Source of the DNA: Lingula anatina
Lineage: Eukaryota > Animalia > Brachiopoda
Assembly: GCA_051362555.1 (NCBI GenBank)
Contig: CM120640.1
Span: 41,332,788-41,396,787 of the forward strand
Direction of reading: 5' to 3'
Length of the DNA stretch: 64,000 nucleotides
In this document: one piece after another, positions 1-10,200 of the stretch
Numbering within the stretch: the stretch's first letter is position 1
How the letters are laid out: each line of letters begins with the position of its first letter
Made by a program: the position numbers and the translations under genes
Notes under the pieces: model-generated
What the model was told of the DNA's origin: nothing
Seen by the model: the letters and a program-made list of their open reading frames with translations, nothing else
Database searches by the model: none

Positions 1-446
1 AAAATTTTATGTCTACATTTAAATTTTTTGCATACTGCAACGGTCGAACAATTTTGTTTTCCAGTTATATCTTAGATTGATTATGTTCTTTTTCAAATTA
101 TACTTTGGGACAAGCACGGATGTTTTGAATTTTGACACATAATGTTATGTCGATCAACTGCCGTGTCATTTGCGACTACTACTTAAATTGTAAAATTTTA
201 TTTCCATGATTTAAGTGACACTTGTGAGCGACAACAATTTTGCCTGAATAAATCTGCCTTTTGAGGGATCTAAATGACACAAAACTGAAAGTGATATTGA
301 TATACACTAAAATTTCGAAACTTATTATGTACTTGATTTGAAAATTTTCAAATAAGAAATAAGAAATTGATTTAAAAGTTTGTAAATTGAAAAATTAGAC
401 ATTAACGAATGTCTCTGTGCTAGGAGGTTGATAAGATGCAGCCTAA

Positions 447-638
447 CCAAAGAAGTTCGTAAACATAAAATTGTTCTTCAATAATTAAAATGCTATTTAA
501 TGGTAAAATCTTAAGTGTATATGAAAATACAACGAATGGTGGCTGCATAATCCATTAATACTTGGTTAAAATATCTACCTTAGCTAATATGGTTATTTAA
601 AAATTATTCAAAATAACGATGTTTACGAACTTTTTTGG
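447..638. mobile_element. Degenerate MITE-like element (possibly Tc1/mariner-derived)
   Basis: 20-bp inverted repeat: CCAAAGAAGTTCGTAAACAT (447-466) and ATGTTTACGAACTTTTTTGG (619-638), 1 mismatch; no clean TSD. Confidence 0.4.
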
Positions 639-1087
639 CCGTAATAAGATATTCCTGAAGCCATGTATGCTAGAATTTTAATCCTCATTCTTAGAAGAAT
701 TGTTCAATTGCAGGGCTAATGTGTTAAAATGGCAAACTAAGGTGGATCACAATTTTCGTATCTGTATACTTTGAACCAAACTCTTACCAATTCTGCTATG
801 AGCCCGTTCAATTTCTTTGTTAACTTTTAATCTATTTTTTCTTTAATTTTTTTTATTACGTATGTACTCTACTATATTAATATTTCAATATCGCTCCATT
901 TTTTCCATTGGATTTTGGAGCCAAATCCGAGATGAAAGAAATGTAACTTTCAAAGATTGGCTATTATTCTTCAAGAAAAGTGCATTTAGAATCTTAGTTT
1001 AATACTTTTACTACTTGTCATAATTTTACCATTTTGAGTGTATTTAAAGGAAGTAATTTTACATTCAGTTAACAAAAATGTGCATGC

Positions 1088-1130
1088 TTATATTATATAT
1101 TATATTATATTATATTATATTATATTATAT
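1088..1130. repeat. (TATAT)n microsatellite
   Basis: Tandem TATAT units read directly. Confidence 0.9.
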
Positions 1131-1393
1131 TTATACTTATATTATACGCTTATATTATACGCTATAGAATAAAACGAAAGAAAAAGTACATTCTATATAC
1201 GGACTCAAAATGTGCAATATTGTTTTTGCATAGTATGAATTGACACTTAAGGTCACAAAGCAGTCTTTTATAAAGTTCATTTATAGTTTTCACATATTTT
1301 TTGCCTTCATGTTTGTTTTTGTTCGCCACGGTTTTAGAAATAAAATATTCAAAGACCATTTTGTTTTAAGTTTATTTGTGGGGCAAGTTAATC

Positions 1394-1920
1394 GAGGGTT
1401 GACAGGTGGGGCGAGTCCATTTTGTCAGAGGGGGGAAAGGTGGGGCGAGTCTATTTTGTCAGAGGGGTGACAGGTGGGGCGAGTCCATTACACTGGAGGG
1501 GTGAGAGGTAGGGCGAGTCCATTACACTGGAGGGGTGACAGGTGGGGCGAGTCCATTTTGTCAGAGGGGTGACAGGTGGGGCGAATTCATTACACTGGAG
1601 GGGTGACAGGTGGGGCGAGTCCATTACACTGGAGGGGTGACAGGTGGGACGAGTCCATTTCACTTGAGGGGTGACAGGTGGGGCGAGTCCATTACACTGG
1701 AGGGGTGACAGGTGGGGCGAGTCCATTACACTGGAGGGGTGGCAGGTGGGGCGAGTCCATTTTGTCAGAGGGGTGGCAGGTGGGTTGAGTCCATTATACT
1801 GGGGGTGGCAGGTGGGGCGCGTCCATTTCACTTGAGGGGTGACAGGTGGGGCGAGTCCATTTTGTCAGAGGGGTGGCAGGTGGGTCGAGTCCATTATACT
1901 GGAGGGGTGACAGGTGGGTC
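1394..1920. repeat. 34-bp G-rich minisatellite, about 15.5 copies
   Basis: Unit GAGGGGTGACAGGTGGGGCGAGTCCATT followed by ACACTG, TTGTCA or TCACTT, repeated head to tail. Confidence 0.95.
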
Positions 1921-3730
1921 ACTGCACATTACACATGTACAGGACAGTTCAATCAAAAAAGAAAAAAAATGCAATACATGCAATAAGTGCAGTAGCAGCG
2001 ATTTATTAAACAAGGTTTTGAAAATTGTATAAAGCAAAATAAAAAGGGTAAAACACCAAAGAGGATACAATTTATTCAAAAGATTCTTAGCAATGCTTTT
2101 ACAGACAGACGTAAAATAGTGGTTCTTAAAACTAGCTTTTCCATTTTTTTTTAAATGTAACATTATTTGCTGCTATAACTATGTGTAATAAAGAATTGTT
2201 ATACAAATAAGGATACAAGTAAGGAAACAAATTTAGAATATCATTTTATATTAGGTAACATTTCCCATACGATAGAATTGAATTAGGCATAAAAGATGGC
2301 ACTTATACATTTATTAAACAAAGAAAAAAACATCTCGAATTTATCTCGGAAAGATACATGGCAATAAATATGCTTAACAAAAGAGTTATTTTCACCTCAA
2401 CAACAGTTATAAAGGAAGTAAACATTTTTCATCATATACATTTTTTATGCTTTTCTGACCAACCTTCGATACATATTGCAGTACTGTACCAGAATATCTT
2501 CTCAGTTTTAATTGGACATCATCCAGTAGGAGTAAGCAATGACTTAACTTACAGGTATATGTAAAGTTGGAAAGGACCCCCCTAAACAATGGCCATATTA
2601 TTTAATCAAAAATGGTCTGGTGAGAAGGAATGCACATTGCTAACTAGAAAGAAAAATAATCAAATGAGTCACAAAATTAGAAAAGGTTACTTCTAATAAC
2701 AAAAACAAAATGACGTCAATTTTGATAAAATTGCCAACCACCCCCACAGATAACAACATGTAGCTTTGAAAAAAAGTCCACCAACTGGATTGTTAAATAT
2801 CACAACGTGCCAATAACTTTCGTGAAAATATCCATTCGTGTTGATTTTTAAAATTCAACCTGCCTTTTCCCAAAAAAGAAACAGTTAAGTACATATATAT
2901 ACCTTACGGCAGTTATGGTGTAAGCAAATGCGTCGGACAGCGGCAACTTTAACAAACACAGGTGATCGGAATATATTCACTTTCAGTGTCTATATTTAAA
3001 AAGTGATCAATATTATACCTTCATAATGTGCAAGTCTAATTTTTTTTTTAGCAAATTTCAAATGTTTTAAGTTACAACGCGTTTAAAGTTGCATCAGAAT
3101 CTTTCTACTTTCTCAGCTTTTTGTTCAGATTTTAAAAGTCTTTATACTTGACGAAAAAGATCAGACGTTTTATTCGTCCAAGATTTATACGATCATTTGG
3201 GTCATCAAATATAGATCAATTTGCTGTGGCATAAATCACAAACCGTCAAAAATGGACCTGAGCTGCATCAAGAAAAATGAAGAAAACGATATCTTGGAAA
3301 ATGAAAGAATTATTTCCAAGCTATAATAAAACGACCATGTTATAGAACAAAATGTATGATCGAAGCAACATTTCAAAAAGCTGGAATGTAGATTTATACA
3401 TATGACAAATGTGGGTTTGAAGAAGATCTTTAGATATACTTTATCGGGCTTTTAATTATAAATTCTCAAATACTATCATTTACCAAGTAGTATGCATGTT
3501 TACAAAGATTTAAAAACTATCAAAGCATTTAAACCATTTTAATTTCATATATCTTCAGTTATCGCAGAAATCGCCAATCCTTAAGGCAATATTTATTAAT
3601 CATATCAAGCGCATTGAATTTGAAATTGCCCAAACGGAAACCATACTAATATCATCATACACCACTTATTACTACTATTTTTATCATCATCATTATTTCA
3701 TACCGCAATGAAAAACCACAGAAAATGTAT

Positions 3731-5283
3731 TTAATTAGCCTTAATATAACAGATGCATTGATAGGCGCAAGGCTCCTGAATGTCGACCCAAGGGCTCGGT
3801 AGCTTGCAGGCGCATGTTGTGCAGTATGCCGGTGGTCTTCTGAAATGTAAAAAAAAACATGTTAAATTTTTTATTAAACAAGGGCCTTTAATATGCGACC
3901 AACACATGACATATCACTAGGAGAAGGTACTTAAAATAGAAATGCCGTACGCGTTTATTGGCTTTACGTTGAAATATGGGTTGCTTTACATCAAAATTAT
4001 GGTCTGAAATGAGTGAATGATATAACTTGAAAGTACTCCGAAAGTGCAGACCACAATATAAAAAATAAACAATGGTAAGATAATAATAAGAAAACATTTA
4101 AATATATGAAATTAAGAATTGTAATTAATGAATATTACGTGTTACCTGTATATTTTAATATTTTAATTAAAATGCTTTATTGTCGATCTTTTTGACATGT
4201 TTCAAAGAAAGAGCAGGTCAATTTAAAGAACTGACAAATGATCTTATTTACAAATTATCTTTGAAGAATACACAGAATATATTGTAGGCAATTTGGATGC
4301 AAGGTGTTTCTTTTAGATATGAAACAGAAATACAGTTTTCAATGCAGTTGTTTATGTACAGTGGAGACGCTAGACTGTCTTTAAATACAATGTTTACCTA
4401 ATCAGTATGTACAGATGACTCTAGCAATTGCCTGTATGTGTTTATACAAGTGTGTTATAATATATAAAGTATAATCATCTTACAAAAATATCTCCGAGAG
4501 CTTGTTAGTCTTCGGCAATTAGGGCTTACCCGAATCTCATCTGAAACAAATATAAGCTATTATACTGTCTTTAGCTGTAGGTAACCTGTACAATGATAAT
4601 ATTATATAGTAATAACTTTCTTAGAATCAAGCTGAACAAAGGTCTCAGCACTCCTTGCAGTATTATGCGTTTTTAAAACCTTAAGTGATTTCAACTTACA
4701 AAGATTAATTTAAAACTAATAAAAGGTGTGAAACATAGAAGGGGGAAAATTAACCATATAATTCCTTAGATAAAATGTTTTTTAAATCCCTCCTTAACTA
4801 TCATAATTGTCGTCAAGATAGACGTTTAACATGTCAAAGTTTGCCCATTAAATTATGTACACGTTGATGGCGCGCGGTTACTCTTGGATCAGAACTGTGA
4901 CATGCGCTCTTATAACATTCATACAAAATATATATAAGTCACAAAGCTTTTTTTAATTGCCCAGGTTCATGCAGAACTAAAACACAGCAAAGATTTCGGT
5001 ATTTCAGATAAACTTAGGTTTTCACCAATTGCCTTCTGAATACATCCTTCCTCTTGTTCGTTTTAATCAAATAGCCTTGTAACACACAATGTATAATCAA
5101 AACCAATATAAACGTATATTCTAATATTCTTGCCGACATACATACAAGCAACAATAGGTAAAATATTACAAAGACACGTGTTCAACATTTGTCATCGCTC
5201 GCTTTCCTTTTTCATAGGTCCGCCCCTTTAAATTTAATGACGGAGATTATCAAAGCCGTTGTACTTACAAGATATATTTGCAT
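3731..5283 (-). other. Candidate small spliced ORF (coding parts 5269-5283, 4530-4540, 3731-3839) encoding a 44-aa 6-Cys peptide; may be a pseudogene
   Basis: Donors GTAAGT and GTAAGC, two TTTCAG acceptors, phases join to MQIYL|MRFG|RPPAYCTTCACKLPSPWVDIQEPCAYQCICYIKAN*; no recognised homologue. Confidence 0.3.
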
Positions 5284-6246
5284 CCACGCCTAATAAATGC
5301 TCGACCTTGCTACTGCGAAGTTGCGTCTTCACCTAACGCTGCCCAACTGTCAAGTGACTATTCTTTGGAAGATAGGTCGCACTGCATGAGTAACTTATTG
5401 TTATGCAAATTGCAACTGGCTCATTTTAGGTGAGAAGTTGTGGCTGAAACTGTTCACGAATGTTCAAGGTCAAAGTACATGCATCCACTTTTTTGTCATT
5501 TTCTTCCAACAAACTCAACACTACGTACTCTCATATCCCGTAAACTACCACTCCCACAAAACTCGGCATTAGGGGAAGAGGGTGAATGCTGTTAATTTTT
5601 TGTACCGATAAATATCCGCGTAATAATAACTAACTTGTTTTTATGGCACTCAGTATATATTCAAGAATCTCAAACCCAAGATGTTTCACTCCAATAATGC
5701 ATGTATTCTGCAAAAGAAACTACGGGCCGGATAAAACTTCTTAGCAATTGCCCACTAACATCGTCAACCCAGCAAAAGTTTTGTATGCGCTCGCGAATAA
5801 TTGGGCATTGTCTCACTTTTTATACCAATATTTTTGGCCCGAGTTTGATTAAAGTAATGATTGCCGTTTTTATACCTTTTTCCTTAAATAATGATACGAC
5901 GGTACATTACAGTGGGCTTTTAGTAAGAACCTCTTTATGCCATGATTTATAAATTATATTTCTTTTGTCCTCTACGTGAATTATTCCCAGTTGATAAGCA
6001 CTAAAACAAATCAGTCGAAGCGAGCACCACCGGTTCTCGATAAATAACTGTATGAATATTAATTTTTTTCAATCTGGTTAACAGGGGCCTCATTCGTATC
6101 TGAAAGTTTTTTTAATTTCCTTTAATGCAGTGCGCAGTTTAGGCACTCTCACGTACTCGTCGATATCGTTTTTTCAAGTGCAGTGAAATACCCAAGCAAA
6201 AATATCACAACTGACAGATAACTCTCCAAATTGTGCAAGGGGTAAT

Positions 6247-6252
6247 TTTATT
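6247..6252 (-). terminator. Possible polyadenylation signal of LZTR1
   Basis: AATAAA on the minus strand about 830 nt after the stop codon; motif only. Confidence 0.3.
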
Positions 6253-7083
6253 CAAAGCAGGCTCAGATAGCAACACCTGGTCAACATAGTCGGACTCGTT
6301 TAATATAATATGTTAACAAAATTGACTTAACCAGTGTACCACTTATTTTGATGTCATACAGTAATAAAGTGTTGCCGAAATAATTATGTATTATAATTTT
6401 TTGGCTTCAATGCCCCCGCCCCTCCGTCCGCCCAATTCCGTTGCAGATTCTATTAGGCCCAGGCTATTAACTTGTTAAAAGCAAACGTCATTACACCTCT
6501 TTGCCTTACAACAAATACACGTTTAGTTAAAATTTTGTAACAATATTGTCCATTGCTCACAACATATGAACGATTGTTCAAAATTGCACACATTTTACCG
6601 GAGGTGATATGGGGAAAAGAATGTCAGCACCAAGATGACTATAAAAAGTGTGGTAGCAGAACTGGAAACAACATGAAACATGATCCGCTCTGTCGCACCT
6701 ATCACAACAAGCCTTGGTTCGAATGCAATAGCATCCAATCATCTCCAATAATATTAACTGTGGCATACATGGATGATCACCGTCAAACAAAAAAGCTGCA
6801 AATGTTGTTGCTGCTGTTTTAAATAAAGCACCAAAATACTATTGCACTTAAAAAAGTGGCACAAGGGCCACACGATGACATCCTTGGGTCTTCTCCAACG
6901 TGTCCCTTTAACACTGCATATCTGTATACATCCCACTTCCAAGACGTCTGCAGTAAGCTGCCACTGGGGTACGTACATCACAGTAGAACAGATAATGCTG
7001 TGATATTACTATGGCAAATGTAGCTGGCACACTATTAAGATCTACCAACAATGCCCCTCTTCCTCCCACCAGCCGGCTTCAAG

Positions 7084-7227
7084 TCACATGTTGCTGGAGT
7101 CGGAGTACAGGCTGATTGAGGACACGTCCTGACACATGCGACTGTCCCCAAGGTCATCTGCCAGGGCGTAGAATATGTCCAGAAGCAGTGCCCTGCTTAA
7201 ACGGCAGATCTGGGGTAACCGTGCCAC
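7084..7227 (-). CDS. LZTR1: LZTR1 exon 19 (terminal)
   Basis: [47 protein letters not shown]; TGA at 7084-7086. Confidence 0.92.
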   Translation of the reverse strand: MARLPQICRLSRALLLDIFYALADDLGDSRMCQDVSSISLYSDSSNM

Positions 7228-10200
7228 CTGAAATGGGACGATTAAATATTTACTGATCTACTATGAGATACTATTCCCAAGGTGCCTCTAGGAAGAAAAC
7301 AACGACAGAGGCCCCGCTACGCTGGCTTGATGTTTTCATGAAATTTAACATATTTCTGGATATCATATTCACTTATTATGGAATACCTTTTTAATATTTT
7401 ACTTTAGTAAAGCTAAATAAATTAGCATAGATCACATAAAACTGTATTAAATGTTTCACCACTTTGTCATTTTCTTACCTTTGGAAAGTGATGAACAATG
7501 ATGTTCAGAGCATGCTTCTTCATGTCCAATGCCTGAATACGGTCTGCAGCCTCAAGAATCTGAATTATTAAGAATGAGACTTCACAAATAATAGTAAGAA
7601 GTGGGGAAAAAAACAAATCAAAGGCAAAGCCTATCAAAATAACCACCCACTACCTTTCGAACTGCACAATCTTTATATGAATGAAAAAAGTCAAGAATTC
7701 TTGAGATAACTGGCAATCAATAAGTGAGATGTTAGGGATCCCCTTCCTACCTGGACCACATTCTCAAAAGACACATTCATCTCCAGGTTCTGTTTGCAGT
7801 AAGCCTGCAGCCTGTTGTTGGTGAAACCATAGAAGTAGGGTGCTGAGAACAAGTACAAGCTATCTTCTGGAGGCATGGTCACATCACCGTAATAGATATA
7901 CCTCATCAGGCTGTCAAAGGCCTGGCGTGATGGAACCATTTCTCCAATGGCAATCTGGAATAGGACAGGGTGTATATCAGGAGAAATAACTTCACTTTAT
8001 GTCAAGCACAGTAAGAGTTTTAGTATAATTTGAAGTATCAAATGTGTTTATCCAACTTGTTTACCAAATTACGTTTACAAAATGCTAAATACAACTTTTT
8101 AAAATCTACTTATATTATTAATAGTATTTATTTAAAAAGGATGAGTGTGAAGCTGGTTAAAAGGATCACTGTGACTGAATCATCATTAAAAGTAGATCTA
8201 CAGATATAGATATAGAAATATAAACATAGAAGTACATATGAATGTCATTTGTTAGGTGTTGTAGCAATCAGCTATGATGCAAATATCCTGCAGAGACTAC
8301 TCACGCTGACTGTGTTATCCTCTGGCATAAAAGACCTGAACATGGCCTCAAAGTAGCTACACCTGGCTGCCAGGATGGCCTTGTGTGCCTGGATGGGAGT
8401 GCCGTCCAGCATGAGGGTGATGTCACAGAACTCCTGCCCTGTGTACTTCAGGAATGTCTCCAGGTCTTGCTCCAAGGTGTTGTCTGGAATGTGGCAGGCA
8501 CAGGGATAACACCATCCATAGTATAACAAGATAAATTTGGTAAAGAAGTTCATATTTTCATCTTCCACTAAGAAGATGCATTAATAAGGGCTAGGATTGT
8601 ACTCTTCTTAAACCAATCTTCTCTCTATCACAAGCAGTTCCCATATGTACATAGCAATTGGGGAGAGCCTTACTTTATCACCAAGGTGCTTTAAATAAGC
8701 CTTAGCACTAAAACACTTACAACTCTCCTTCTTCTTTCAATAAATATGGTATTACATATACTTTGCATATTTATAGAGCATATCATATTCCATCTCATCC
8801 TCTATCTTAAACTTACAGTTGGTAGTATCTGGGCCAGGCTCTGGCAGCAGTCTGACAGGTGGCATCTGCCGCCTTCTTATTATTTCCACCATCAATGAAC
8901 GGTCCACATTCTCAAACTCCTTGCTCATCACTATCTGGTTGTAGTTGCTCTCTTTGACTATAAACTTCAGACAGAACTCCTAAAATACAATATAAAAATC
9001 TTTGCTTTAATAACTCCTTACTTCTGATAGAACAGTGAATCGTCACTTAACTGCCCAATGCTTCAATAATATAACACAAACTAGAAAAGCACTCCGAGAG
9101 CGCAGACCTCCGCCAAGGCAGCGATTTTTTATTATAATTGATTGATTATTGATTCAGATCACCACCAAAAACTTATCACTTCTAAGTTAACCCATTTCCG
9201 ACCTACCCTGAAAATTTCATCAAAATCGGTCCATAACTTTTTGAGTCATGTTGATGACAAACAAACAAACAGACAGACAAACAGGGGTGAAAACATAACC
9301 TCCTTGGCGGAGGTAATTAAAATCAAAACAGATGTTACTCTACATAGGGATAAAATCAGGTCACCAATCAATCCATTATTTGCTATAATTGCATTACTTA
9401 ACTAGTATGAATATGTGCAAAAAAATATTTACCTTAAGGAAGTCTAGTTTGAGTCTTGCCGCATTCTGCAGAGCTACTAAGACATTTCTGTGATTTATAC
9501 TGGCTTCAAGAAATTGTACACACAGCTGTTCTAGCCTCTTCATATGAAACTGGAACATGGGAAATAAATTATTTCAATAGTTTCCCAAAATAACAAAAAA
9601 TTAATATATAAAGGCATTTTTGAATTATCTGTATCATTACAAAAGCAGGCAATCACATACAATAAAATGTTTACAATGTTTCAGATAATAATTTTTAAAA
9701 TAAAGCAAAAAAATGCATTTTTGAAAAACATTTGATATCTGAAAAAAAGAAAAAAAATTGAACAATTCTTCCTTTTTCTTCTTTTAATTAGAAAATTTTT
9801 CTCATATATGAACTTTATTTCACTCATTTTCATTAGTTGTAGAGCATGTTCATGACTTAAGATATATTCAAAGATACTACACCTTCAAAGTGTACATACC
9901 TGTAATGCCTGTCTGTACACATCCATCATGGTGAGAATGACCTCATTACTGGTCGGCTCTTGGCCTAAAAATAGTGGACACTCAATATTCATATAGATAT
10001 GTATACATGCATACGTATGATAAAATAGTTTACATAAAATTATTTAGTTTAAGTAACACAGTATTAATGTGGCAACAATTTAAATAATAAAGACAATTAA
10101 GCAAGGAATGACTTTTTTATGTTCCCCCCAGTTGAACACATAAGTTTCAATGGATTCAGTTAAATATTCATATATTTCTACTTTTTATTTATATCTTCAT

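Noticed and set aside
1394-1920. CRISPR-like array or repetitive protein ORFs (1451-1831 minus, 1712-2032 plus)
   Set aside because: Variable parts are only about 6 bp and recur, there are no unique spacers or cas genes, and the context is eukaryotic; the ORFs are by-products of the minisatellite
2407-2589. Possible exon or THAP-like fragment (GSFPTLHIP)
   Set aside because: Too short, no supporting zinc-finger motif or partner exons
4530-4540. RFamide neuropeptide reading (LMRF-G-R) in the candidate small gene
   Set aside because: Single Arg followed by Pro is a poor convertase site and there is no intact signal peptide
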